From contig NC_087472.1 of the NCBI RefSeq assembly GCF_036321535.1, positions 93,560,001-93,624,000 of the forward strand: 64,000 bases of DNA, written 5' to 3'. Source of the DNA: Camelus dromedarius (lineage: Eukaryota). The notes beneath the pieces are model-generated. The model ran no database searches, had not been told where the DNA came from, and saw nothing but the letters and a program-made list of their open reading frames with translations. The position numbers were made by a program, and so were the translations under genes. Of the stretch, positions 10,800 to 23,764 are shown piece by piece; the first letter of the stretch is position 1, and each line of letters starts with the position of its first letter.

Positions 10800-12840
10800 T
10801 AATCCGTGGCTTTTTCCTTTGAATTTGCTAAAATGATGATCATATTTACAAATAATTTCTATCTTTTTAATATTCCTAACGTTTCGAATTTCATATTTCA
10901 GTTCGTTTTCTGTAGATTTTAGAAAATGAAAGTTCTCTTCTAATGTTAGTTTGCTCGACAGTATTATCATGCATTTGTTATGAATTTTTCAAAAGCTTTT
11001 TCTGCATTTGTGTACATTGTCAAACGCTTTTTAAAATTTTATCTGTTAATGTGGTTATATTATAGGCAGTTTTTTCCTAATGTTATATCATCTTTATATT
11101 TCTTGGATTCAGTCTCTTTTTTTTTTTTTTCCTGTTTAATTCACTGATGTATTGAACCCTCAGTGGATTTTTTTTAGGATCTTTGCCTGTATGTGAGTGA
11201 GCTTGGCTCAAGTGTTCTGTTTTCAGGGTGTCCTCAACTAGTTGTCTTACAAGGAGAGCTAGCCTAGGAAAATGAGTTGAAAATTCTCCAGTCTTTTTAT
11301 ATGCTTTGGATGTGTTTATGTAAGATGGTGGTTAATTTTTTGCTTATTTATTTGGTAGAACTGCCTTGTCCTGAAACGTTTGAAGGTAGCTGGAACTTTG
11401 AGGAGTATTTCAGTTTGTGTTTCTCAATTACAGTTTTCTATTTCTGTTTGGACCAATTGGATAATGAATATTTTTTCTAAATAATGTTTTATTTTCACTG
11501 AGGTTTCAAATTTAATGGCAACATGTATATTCCATTTATTGGAGAAATTCTTAAACATACACAACAGTAGAGAGACTGCTATCATAAAACCAATACACCT
11601 GACATCAGAATCAGCAGTCATTAATACATAGCCTATCTGGTTCTACTTATTTCCATACCTACCCCCATCTCTGCCACTGAAATAATGAGAAACAAATCCT
11701 AGATATCATACAATTTCATCTTTAAATATTTCAGTATCTATCTCTAAAAGATAAGCACCCTTTATGAAGTATAAACCAATTTTACATGTCTTACCTTAAA
11801 AAATTAACTCCTTAGTATCATCAAATGTCTAGATATTTTTCACTATACCTGACATGTTTTTAAATGTTTTTTTCCTTGATTTAGGGTTAAAGTCTATTCA
11901 TTTTATTGCTTTTTCTGTCCCTTAATTTATAGATCTTAGCCCTCATAGATATATTACTTCTTTTGCCTTGTCATTTTGTTGTTGTTATTGGGAAAAAAAC
12001 CTCTCATTTTATGTTCAGTCCAATTTCATATGGATTGTGGATTTTGCTGATTACAGCACTGGTGTCCTTCTCTGACTGTATCTCTTTAAACACATATAAG
12101 TTTGATCAGATTAAGGTTTAACTTTTTTTTTCTATTTGTATTGTATATTGAGATAAACACAACTTTTTTCTCTTTTTTTTTTTCTTTTTTGGAAAGACTT
12201 CCATAGGTAATACTGTAAACTTTCATTATGTGGAACCAAATATCTGTCTCCCTTTGTGTTGATATTTGCAGTCTTTGAAGGTTAGCATATTTATCCATTA
12301 ATTAATTCAGGGTTACACCATTAATTTTGTCTTTCTATCATTCCTTCTGAGTTTTTTAGATGAAATATATCTTTATGAGGAAACCTTTTCTTGCCCACCA
12401 TTTGGTAATGATATTTGTAGTTTCTCTTAGAATATTTAAGTTCTTTCTGCACCTGTATTTTATACAGTATTATTCAACTAATATTCACATACTTCTGTTT
12501 CTTTTGTAATTGGTAATAACTATAAAACTGTCAGTTATATCAATCTTTTCTAAGAATAGGTTTTTGTTAGTTGGTTCCACTGTCTTTTAATTAATCAGTT
12601 GTACATTTTTCTTCATTATTTTCTACATTCTATTTTGGGGAGTTTAATGTCGTGTTCTTTGTCTAGTTTCTTGAAATTTGTGCGTGTTTTAAATGTTTCT
12701 AATTTTTTTGCCCACTGGGATTTTAATTTCAATAACTTTATTTTTATTTCCAGATACTGTTGTATTTCTTTTTCAAATTAGCCTGTTCATTTCCATAATT
12801 TTTTATCCTTATGGTCGTTATGTTTTCTTTTCTCTTTAAT
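10800..12840 (-). mobile_element. Old L1 (L1M) ORF2 fragments with a nested L1MC-like 3' end (~11520-12430)
   Basis: Degenerate antisense ORF2 (ttttctgcattt, gaaaatgagttgaaaattctcc, ttggtagaact) and L1MC-type 3' UTR motifs. Confidence 0.65.
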
Positions 12841-12844
12841 GGTT

Positions 12845-15297
12845 TTTATTTTTATATTGAGATGTAATTGACATATTACCTTATATTAGTTCCAGGTGTA
12901 CAACATAATGATTCAATATTTGTATATATTGTGAAATGATCACGATAAGTCTAGTTTACATGCATCACCACAGAGTTATGTTTTTTTCTTGAGATGAGTA
13001 CTTTTAAGATCTACCCTCTTAGCATCTTTCAAATATACAAATACAGTATTATTAACCATAGTCACCATGCTGTTCATTACATCCCCAGGACTTATTTATT
13101 TTATAACTGAAAGTTTGTACCTTTTGATCACTTCTACCCATTTTGCCCACCTTCCACCCCCTGCTTCAAACCAGCAGTCTGTTCTCTGTATTATTGAGTT
13201 CATTTTTTTTTACATTACACATGTAAGTCAATGTCTTTATTTTTTTAAACATTTTTTATTGATTTATAATCATTTTACAATGTTGTGTCAAATTCCAGTG
13301 TAGAGCGCAATTTTTCAGTTATACATGAACGTACATATATTCATTGTCACATTTTTTTTCGCTGTGAGCTACCATAAGATCTTGTATATATTTCCCTGTG
13401 CTATACAGTATAATCTTGTTTATCTATTCTACAATTTTGAAATCCTGTCTATCCCTTCCCACCCCCCACCCCCTTGGCAGCCACAAGTTTGTATTCTATG
13501 TCTATGAGTCTATTTCTGTTTTGTATTTATGTTTTTTTGTTTGTTTGTTTGTTTCAGATTCCACATATGACAATCTCATATGGTATTTTTCTTTCTCTTT
13601 CTGGCTTACTTCACTTAGAATGACATTCTCCAGGAGCATCCATGTTGCTACAAATGGCGTTATGTTGTCGGTTTTTTATGGCTGAGTAGTATTCCATTGT
13701 ATAAATATACCACCTCTCCTTTATCCAGTCATCTGTTGATGGACATTTAGGCTGTCTCCACGTCTTGGCTATTGTAAATAGTGCTGCTATGAACATTGGG
13801 GTGCAGGTGTCATTTTGAAGTAGGGTTCCTTCTGGATATATGCCCAGGAGCAGGATTCCTGGGTCATGGTAAGCCTATTCCTAGTCTTTTGAGGAATCTC
13901 CATACTGTTTTCCACAGTGGCTGCACCAAACTGCATTCCCACCAGCAGTGTAGAAGGGTTCCCTTTTCTCCACAGCCTCTCCAGCATTTGTCATTTGTGG
14001 ATTTTTGAATGATGGCCATTCTGACTGGTGTAAGGTGATACCTCATTATAGTTTTCATTTGCATTTCTCTGATAATTAGCGATATTGAGCATTTTTTCAT
14101 GTGCCTATTGACCATTTGTATGTCTTCCTTGGAGAATTGCTTGTTTATTAGGTCTTTTGCCCATTTTTGGATTGGGTTGTTTGGTTGTTTCTTATTGAGT
14201 CGTATTAGCTGCTTATATATTCTGGAGATCAAGTCTTTGTCGGTTTCATTTGCAAAAATTTTCTCCCATTCCATAGGTTGTCTTCTTGTTTTACTTCTGG
14301 TTTCCTTTGCTGTGCAGAAGCTTGTAAGTTTCATTAGGTCCCATTTGTTATTCTTGCTTTTATTTCTGTTGCTTGAGTAGACTGTTCTAGGAGAACATTT
14401 TTGAGATGTATGTCAGATAATGTTTTGCCTATATTTTCTTCTAGGAGGTTTATTGTATCTTGTCTTATGTTTAAGTCTTTGATCCATTTTGAGTTTATTT
14501 TTGTGTATAGTGTAAGCGAGTGTTCTAGCTTCACTGCTTTACATGCTGCTGTCCAGTTTCCCCAACACCATTTGCTGAAGAGACTGTCTTTATTCCATTG
14601 TATCTTCTTGCCTCCTTTGTCAAAGATTAGTTGACCAAAAGTTTGTGGGCTCATTTCTGGGCTCTCTATTCTGTTCCATTGGTCTATATGTCTGTCTTTG
14701 TACCAATACCATGCTGTCTTGATGACCGTAGCTCTATAGTATTGTCTGAAGTCTGGGAGAGTTATTCCTCCAGCCTCTTTCTTTCTCTTCAGTAATGCTT
14801 TGGCAATTCTAGGTCTTTGATGGTTCCATATAAATTTTATGATGATTTGTTCTAGTTCTATGAAATATGTCCTGGGTAATTTGATAGGGATTGCATTAAA
14901 TGTGTAGATTGCCTTAGGTAGTGTAGTGAATCTCTTTAGATTCCACATATAAGTGTCTTTCTCTGTCTGACTTAGTTCATTTAGCTTAATGCCCTCAAGG
15001 TCTGTCCATGTTGTTGCAAATGATAAGATTGCCTTCTTTTTATGGCTGAGTAATATTATATTATATTTATGTTATATTTTCTTTATCCATTCTTCCATCA
15101 GTGGACACTTAGGTTGTTTCCATATCTTGGCTGCTGTAAATAATGCTGCTATGAACATGGAGGTGCGTGTATCTTATAAAATTAGTATTTTCATTTTCCT
15201 CCAAGAAATACCCAGAAGTGGACTTGCTAGATCATATGGTAGTTATATTTTTAATTTTTGGAGTAACCTCCATACTGTTTTCCATAGTGGCTGTACT
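12845..15297 (-). mobile_element. L1MA9-like 3' end, split by a younger L1 at ~13236-14925
   Basis: attgagatgtaattgaca..acttttaagatctac..cagtattattaaccatagtcaccatgctg; resumes at ~14935 (tagattccacatataagt..tttccatagtggctgtac). Confidence 0.8.
13236..14925 (-). mobile_element. Young 5'-truncated L1 (ORF2 C-terminal part + 3' UTR), lineage-specific
   Basis: ORFs 14334-14948, 13864-14334 and 13611-13796 are near-consensus L1 ORF2 ([52 protein letters not shown]), few frameshifts. Confidence 0.95.
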
Positions 15298-16149
15298 TTT
15301 TTTTAAATGAATCTATTTAAGGCTATAAATATCCCTCTGAGTACTACTTGGGCTGTTTCCCACAAGTAATGCTAATAGAGCTTTATGTGTAGTGCTGGAA
15401 CTTTTTCACAAGCTGATTGTCTCTGTATTCCTTATGTTCTTAGAATTTTTTTAATATAGACACACAAACACACACACGAATACTAGTAAGTACAGAAAAT
15501 TATTTTTTGAGAAGGATGTAAAGAGGAGAAGAGAAGTAGAGAATTATTTAGAGGAAGTTTCAAGGTCCCAGGGCATGTTTTGCTTTGTTTTGTTTTGGTT
15601 GTCTATGATATAAGACACGAATGCATTTAAATGCTTATGACTGAGTTGAGTTTTTCCCAGGAATGAAATGAGGGTTTCACATTAGAAAATCAAACAATAT
15701 AATTAGCTAAGTACAACTGTCAGAGATTATTCAGGAAAACAGAAATTATTCTAAATGTATAAATCAGGTAGAATTTAATAGAAGAAATTAGTTACTCAAG
15801 TGAGGGAGAAGCCAAACAGAATAGAATCAGGGAAACCAATACTTAGCAACTTGAGGAAATCACTCCTATCTCTAGTGTCAAGGGACAAAGAGAAGAGGTA
15901 GTGCTACGGGAGACTGGGAGTTGGGTCAGCAGGATCTAGTTAACCAATATGGTGGGATAGTTAACCAATAGGATGGTGTCCTTGATGCCTGAACCATAAT
16001 AGCAGCCAAATATTGGAGAACCTAGGAATTGCAACCTGCAGGAGTTATCTCCTGAACATGAGAGAGCAGAGCAAAGAAAGAGTAAGGAGTGCATCTGAGA
16101 GCAAATAAGTACAGTGGCATACCACAGTGACAGATTAAGTGAGATAAAT

Positions 16150-18735
16150 ACGTGAGTTGATAAAGAAGATTGTTTTATAAAAATCAATATTAATTCATGA
16201 TAAAAAGAGATATTATCAAACTAGATAGTGGATATGTATGAAAAAAGAAAACCCTATAGAGAACATCATACTTAGTGGAAAAACTTTGGAAATTGGGAAT
16301 TAGATAAGAATAGCTATTATCACTGTTTTTTATTCTACATTGTAATGGAGGCACCTGCCAGCCCAGTAAAAAGAAACAAGTGAAATGAAAGAGTTAGGGA
16401 TTAGAAAATCAGACCCTATAGCTGTCATTTCTTCCCAGAATATCTCTAGGTTCAACAAAATCCACATCAAAACCCCAGCAGGCCCCCTTTTTTTTTTAAA
16501 GAAATATATACACTGTAAAATTTATATGGAAATACAATGGAAAAGAATAGCCAAAATGCCTTTGGAAAAGAAAAGGAAATCTTGAAGACTAACCCTACCT
16601 GATGTCAAGACTTACTATAAACTATAATAATCAAGACAATGATGTATTTTTGTAAAGATAGACAAATAGATCAATGGAACAGAACAGACAGACCTGCAAT
16701 TGACTCTAACATATATGGGCAGCTGATTATCAACAGTGGCACAAAGGCAGTTCAGTGGCAGAAAGACAGTCGGTCTTTTCAAAATGATGCTGGAACAATT
16801 GGAAATACACACACACTTTGACCCATTACTTTCACTATGTAAAAAGATAACAAAAATGGACCACAGATCTAAATGTAAAATCCAAAGCTGTAAAACTGCT
16901 GGAAGGAAACACAGGAGAAAGCTTTTGGGTTCTTGGGATAGGCAAAGATTTTTTGGATACAACTCCAAAAGAACGAGTCATAAAAGAACAAATTAAAAAG
17001 TAGGATTCCACTAAAATTAAAAACACCTATTCTTCAAAAGGATACTGCTAAGGGAATGAAAAGAGAATTAATAGAGTGGGAGAAAATATTTGCAAAAACA
17101 TATATATGATAAAGAGGTTGTATCCAGCATTTGTAAATAACTTTTAAAACTCAGTAATAAGAAAGCAAAGAATAAATGGTCAAAAGGTTTGAGCAGACAA
17201 TTCACCAAAAGACTGTTAAGAATAACAAAGAAGCACATGAAAAGATGCTCAACATCTTTAATCATTAAGGAAATAAAAATAAAAATCCAATGAGATACCG
17301 CTACATGCATATCAGAATATGCACAGTAAAAAGACTGATCGTACCAAGTGTTGTCAAGGATGTGAAGGAATTCTCATGTATTGCTGGTGATGGTGCAAAT
17401 TGGTGCATCCACTTTGGAAAACAGTTTGGCAGTTTCTTAACAATTTAACCATGACCTAGCTATTATACCACCAGGTATTTATCTAAGAGAAATGAAAGCT
17501 TATACCCCTGCAAAGATGTGTATATGAAAGTACACAGCATCTTTATTTGTAGTAATGAAAAACTGGAAATAACTCAAATGTCCACCAACAGATGAACAGA
17601 TAAACGAACTGTGGTATATACATACAGTGGAATATTATTCAGCTGTAAGAAGAATGAACTATTGATACAGGCTATAACATGCATGACTCTCAAGCCAGAT
17701 AACATAGCACATACTGCATGGTTTCATTTATATAAAATTTTAGGAAATGAAAACTAGTGTATAATGACATAAAGAATATCACTCAGTGGTTGCCTGTGGA
17801 CTGAGGGGCATGCGAAAGAGATTACAAAGGGCCATGAGGAACCTTTTGGGGTGATGGATGTACTCATGATGCTGTTTGTGGTGGTTCTTACGTGAATGTA
17901 TTCATATGCTAAAATTTATCAAGTTGTGCACTTTATACTATTTTAATTTTTATATAATTTTTAGAAATTACTTTCCATTTACAGTTATTATAAAATATTG
18001 GCTCTATTCTCCATGTTGTACAGTACATCCTTCAGCCTGTCTTACACCCAATAGTTTATACCTCCCACTGCCTCACCCCTTTTTTGCTCCTCCCTCTCTC
18101 TCCGCGGTAACCTCTAGTTTGTTTTCTGTCTCTGTGAACCTGCCTCTTTTTTGTTATATTCACTAGTTTGTTGTATTTTTTTAGATACCACATATAAGTG
18201 ATATCATACAGTATTTATATTTCTCTGTCTGACTTGTTTCCCATAGCATAATGTCCTACAAGTCCATCAATGTTGCTGCAATGGCAAAACTTCGTTATTC
18301 TTTATGGCTGAGCAATATCCCATCGTGTGTATGTGTATATATATATATATATACCAAATCTTCTTTATCCATTCATTTGTGGTTGGACACTTAGATTGTT
18401 TCCTGCTCCTGAAAATTGTAAATAATGCTGCTATGAACATTGGGAAAATGTTCAAATTAGTGGGTTTTTTTTTTTTTTGGATATATACCCAGGAGTGGAA
18501 TTGCTGGGTCATGTGGCAGTTCTATTTTTAGTTTTTTGAGAAATCTCCATACTGTTTTCCACAGTGGCTGCACCAATTTACATTCCCACCAACAGTATAC
18601 AAAGGTTCCCTTTTCTCCGCATCCTCACCAACATTTATTATTTGTAGACTTTTTGTTAATAGCCTTGTGCACTTTAAATATATGCAGTTTATTTTATGTC
18701 AGTTACACCTTAATAAAGCTGTTAAAAATTCTAAA
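16150..18735 (+). mobile_element. L1MB/L1M ORF2 end and 3' UTR, interrupted at 17936-18664
   Basis: KDRQIDQWNRT peptide, ccactttggaaaacagtttggcagtttctt, tail tacaccttaataaagctgttaaaa. Confidence 0.85.
17936..18664 (-). mobile_element. Nested L1 3' end with 12-bp TSD
   Basis: L1 3' UTR/ORF2 end (MFIAALFTI); perfect TSD ttgtgcacttta at 17924-17935 and 18665-18676. Confidence 0.9.
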
Positions 18736-19746
18736 ACAAGCCAATCTAATCTATAGTTGAAATCAGAACTATGGAAAAGGAGTGATGTGCAGGTGGTCTG
18801 TTGCAACTGGCTGAGAAATGCGTAACTGATCTTTGTGAGGTGGTGGAATAATACTATATCTTGATAGGTGAAGAGTTATACATGTGTATGCATTTGTACA
18901 CTTAGGTGTTGTGAGTATGCTCTATGAATATTATATAAGAATGATAATAATAAGAATACAAATATGATTCACAATAAAACAAAATGAACTTTAGGGAAAC
19001 ATTAATACCCAATTTTTATTAGTAATTCTTAATTATCCACTTTGTTTAATCCCTTGGTAAAATATAAGTCAACTATTACTTAATCCTTTTTAGCTTTGTA
19101 TACACCAAGTATTTGAGTAATTTCCCATGTATTTTCACTCTTCACATGGCTGTGATGGTCTGATCTTTCTAACTCTGAGGCATTTCAGAACTCACTTTAC
19201 TCCTTTATCTAGACTCTATTCCTAATTGTTGGTCATGATTAACCTAGTCTCAAATATCACAATAACAAAAAGAACAGGGTAACAGTGCTTTGTAATTAAG
19301 GCTAAATAAGTTCTAGATGAGTAATTTTTGAAGCCATAACTGTTTTAAAAAAAGGGTGGTAGTTTAGCCATGTACAATGTTGCTACAGACATTCATTATT
19401 ACCATAATGGAAACACATTCCTGTAAAATTGCCATAAAAGTACAGGAAATATCCAATATTTTAAACAAAATAGAATAATTAACTTATGACAAACACATTT
19501 ATGTGACCTCAAGGCATAAGCTCCAAAGAAGAGAGTCAGATGTAGTGTGTGAGAAATTTGTATATTGCCTAGACCCTGTTTAGAAGGATAAGCTTTTTAC
19601 TGTTTATCTCACACGTAGGTGGTATTTTGTTTAAAATAGGCTACTCTTCATTGAGATTGATCACCACTTTGATCACTGTGCTTCATCTGTGCATTTGATA
19701 TGGTCACTCTCATGTAGATCATATTTTGATATTCACATTGATTTTT

Positions 19747-20820
19747 TTAACCACAAACCAACTACTAAGATCTAACTTGTTATTTTGGCAAGTAATTCAT
19801 GTAACAGGCATTCTTACCCCCATCTCTATCACTTCTATTATCGCTATACTCCGTATCTAATCAGTGACCCTCTGCCCATCAGCCACAGTCTGCCTTATGA
19901 CAATATCTCATGTGCTAATATTCACCACATTCTTACTTCCCCATTCCCTTAAGCCTTAACCGATTGTGGACACTATTTCCATATGTCTCCAGGTATTAGA
20001 CTCAAGAGTGAGTTGTGATGTTTGGCAATATAGAATTCGTTTTTAAGAACAAATACATAATTCCTTCATCATATAACCTAGAGTAATCATGAGCATTTTT
20101 GTTTTACTTTTTTGCTTATCTGTATTTTTTAGAATATTGCTTAGCAATGAGAGACAAATGTTAGCACTGCCTTTTTCGAGTTTGAGGTATAAAAACAGGA
20201 ATAATAGAAGAGGAAGCACAGACTTCAGACATTCTCAAAGTGATGGTACTGGAGTGAATTTCCAATATCTCTTTTTTCATGTCGACTTTTATGGGTTTTT
20301 AGGATCCAGTCCTAAGCATGGAGTCATACTGATACTATGTCTGAAGGACATTTAACAGTATTCATAGTCTACTGAGCTAGAAAAGTTTCTTAAAGAATCA
20401 AAAATGTCCTCTAATTCTAGCAAGTTTCCCATAATGACATCAAGCACACCTGCATAAAAATGATTGGCCAAAACTGTACCAATTCTTTGGACTAGTACTT
20501 GTTGTTTGATGATACAAATAACTTTGTGATGTTGTCCGGAACTCCAGCTCCACCAGCACAAGTATCCTGGTCAATACTGGGGCCAGCAAATTAATCCTGA
20601 TGCTGACGAAATCCCTGGAGAAGATACTCCCTGCTCTAGCAAGCTCTATAGTAATATAGATAACTGACATGGAATTCACAATACTCCTGCCCACGTGTAT
20701 ACAGAACTCAGTGATGATACTTGCAGCATCATACCTGGATGTAGAACCTCATGTTCCTCTTCCTCCACAGGAGCACATGTTTGAAACTGTGCAGTACTTA
20801 AAATTAAAAATAGAGAAAAT
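19747..20820 (+). pseudogene. Endogenous bornavirus-like nucleoprotein element (EBLN), degraded
   Basis: Collinear translated blocks resembling BoDV-1 N: SPGIRLKSEL*CLAI / HPGIGHEKDIRQNAV; HIT+PRVI / HTVTPSLV; FCLSVFFRILL / HCCSLLIGVVI; VLE*ISN / AIDWING; LTVFIV+TELEKFLKES / LTIPVVAYEIRDFLEVS; LHKNDWPKL / LAPRSFPNL; TPAPPAQVSWSIL / TIQPGASVKETQL; ELSDDTCSII / ELSGEISAIM; A-rich end 20797-20820. Confidence 0.8.
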
Positions 20821-21660
20821 ACATGAGGAAGGAGATAAGACAAGTGCCCATTACAGAAAGTCATAAAATTTTTCAGTAGTTAAATACATTTGTTTCTCCC
20901 TATATTCTTGAATATAATAGCATACAAACATTTTGTGCAATGATTTTAGATAATTATATAAGAAAATCAATGCAAATTATGAGTCGAATGAATTAGTTTT
21001 CTACATTTTAAAATTGTTCATGCTCCTTAAACACAAAAGAAATTCAGACAAGTAATTAGCAAAGGAACTTATAGTGATGTGGCTTAAATATTCACACATA
21101 TTCCTCAAATATATGTGAATAAAAATACATATAAATTTATATATATAAAACATAAATATATTGAAATGTATGTAAATTTAGATATAAATAACTATAAATA
21201 TATAATATATACATGTATGTTATTCTTACATTTCTGACAACATTTAAATAAAAAATATGAATATAAACAGGTAAAAATAATGTATATGTAACAACATAGA
21301 CTTGACTTCTATCATCATTACTTGACCTCAGTGAGTTTGATGTTCTGTTAAAAAAAGAATGCAGTGCTACAAGTAGACAAGTTAAAATGGTTGTGGAGTC
21401 ACTTTGATAAATAACTGATATCAAAAGTATATTCCTTGATTTACCTTCACTCTTTACCATATTACATATATCATCTTTTAATGATGTATTTGAAGCTAGT
21501 TAAATAATTTGAAGAAGTTCAAACTGGTGATACATATCAAAACAAATAGGAGCGAAATGAAACATTTAAATACAATCTATTTTTACACCTTCTGAAGGAT
21601 ATTTTAAAGGCTAATTTTGTTTGTTGTTTGCAAATAGGAAAAATGGAAATATATGGTTGC

Positions 21661-22113
21661 TGTCAAGAACTGTGAAGACTAAGATTTTTATTCTTCTTGC
21701 AAGTTAATAAGTTAGCCTGTCACAGTTTCATGGATGCTGGCAGAAAACACCGGATTCTTGGGTAAGGGGCAAAGACCGTCATTACTCATAGTAGTGATAG
21801 TAGCCAAAGTATCTACATTTTCTTACACTGGTTACCCAAACCCTAGTAATCACTGAGTGACAGGAAGAGGTCCAGGTGATACCAGAACATACAGTGAGTT
21901 GCATTGCAGGAAAGGAACCCTGTGCTAAGGAAACCTGAATCTTGTCTAATGGGCAGAAAGCGTGCATTCCCCCTGCTCAGGAGACATTATTTATATCTTC
22001 CAAGGCTCTTTGCTACACAGACTTTCTTGAAAAGATCATCTGGAACAAAAGGCAACCAGTGCCTCATAAGATATGAAGAAATGCAAGTGACCATGGAGAG
22101 TTGTCCCCTAATT
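21661..22113 (-). mobile_element. ERVL solo LTR (MER70-like)
   Basis: tgtcaagaactgtgaag..cttgcaagttaataagttagcctgtcacagtttcatggatgctggcagaa..ccatggagagttgtc; near-TSD gttgc (21656-21660) / gttac (22114-22118). Confidence 0.75.
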
Positions 22114-23764
22114 GTTACACATTCTATTTAATAGTTAGTCATTTGTATAGGTGATTTTCTTCTTCTAAGACCTAAACTTTTGATGAAGTAATATGAATGG
22201 ATTTATTTGGGGAAGAAACACCTTTGCAAAAAAGTATTGTTTTACTCAGTCAATTTACTTAACATCCATCTGGTGCATGTCTTATTGGGAGAAAATAAAC
22301 AGTAGGACATAAATTAAAATCCACGTAAAAAAAATTGGTTTCAGGTATTATATGTTTAAGTGACAATTTACTCACAAAATGTACTAATTATTTTAAAGCT
22401 TATTCCAGGTGAGTTTCTTCAATTGGAAGTTAAAGCTTAAGCAAAATGAAAAAAGAGCCTTTGTTTTTCCATTTTGTATATGAAAATAAACTATTTTGTG
22501 AAAACATCTATGTGCCCCTAAGTGGAATTAATTGAAGATATAAAGGACACATAAGTGAGTATAATGAAAGCTATAGGATTAGGAAAAATCTTCCTTCCTC
22601 TTACATTTTAAACACATCTGCCATTAGATGTTCTTGTTTGCTCTGACCCCGAGGTTCTAAGCTTTATAATGGCAGAATAATAAGGATTCATTCCCTTCTA
22701 TAATGAAACACATTTTATATTCTCTAATACTCTGTAAATAAGGAATCAGTAAAATATAATAACACAGATGAAATTTCTTGTCAAGGAGGCTGGAATTGCT
22801 TTTGGATCAAATAGTCTTTAAATCAACTCAAATCACAGATACATGCAAAATGGCTAAAAATCTTGTGGTTATTATATCACTTATCAGAATGTGTTGAAGC
22901 TATGTTTCAAAATCAAATATAGTCATATTTAAAACTGCCTATAAAATAAGGCAAAACATATCAGCCCTCCCTCTAAAAATTCATGAGTATAAAAATGAAA
23001 ACATTGAATATGCCATGTTAAACTGAAGACCCCTTTTGATTATCTCTATTTTTTGCTACAAGTTATAAACATGCCAATAATTCTTATACTACATTAAAAA
23101 ATCTTTCTTAGAAACTGACCATGGTGACAAGAATACAAAAGTTCATGTTTTAAAAATATGAATTTGACTTTCTCCTTAACACTGACATAAAAACAGGCAG
23201 TGACTAGAGTTGCATCAATCCTTCCCAACTGTCTCAAAAAATATGTGCACTGTTACAATAAAAACAGTTCACCAGCTGTTTATGTAAAAATTATTTGACG
23301 AAAAACAAGCATGGCCATATGGCACTCTAGCTCTGCTGTGGGAGCATGAGGAATAATTTTATAGGCTGTAGTTCATAATGGTCATGCTAAGTAGGGTGTC
23401 AACTATTGCAGGCACATTGCATTAATAGTTTATCTGTCCTTTTATCCTCTTAAGTACTTACATTTCTTAGCAGCTTGTAGTTCGGAAACAACTTAACAAC
23501 TCACTTATTAAGAATTAATATTTTGGAAATGACATAATATTTGATGTAATGTGGACATACACAATATTCATTCACTAATTAAAGATATTGTTAAATAGTA
23601 CATTAATGGGATGATAAGAATGTAATAGAGGAACTGGTTCTCATTTCTAAATAGAGTTTCCAAAAATATAAATGCATAGAGGGTACTACACCATTGATTT
23701 AGAAGAAGAAAATAATTAGAAGAGGTACTTCATGTAAGAACCAAATCAACATTCACACCTGCAT

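Noticed and set aside
13205..14960. Possible ~25-bp TSD around the young L1
   Set aside because: The two copies differ at several positions and by an indel, too divergent for a young insertion
20352..20864. Minus-strand ORFs over the EBLN region
   Set aside because: No recognisable homology; the collinear signal is on the + strand
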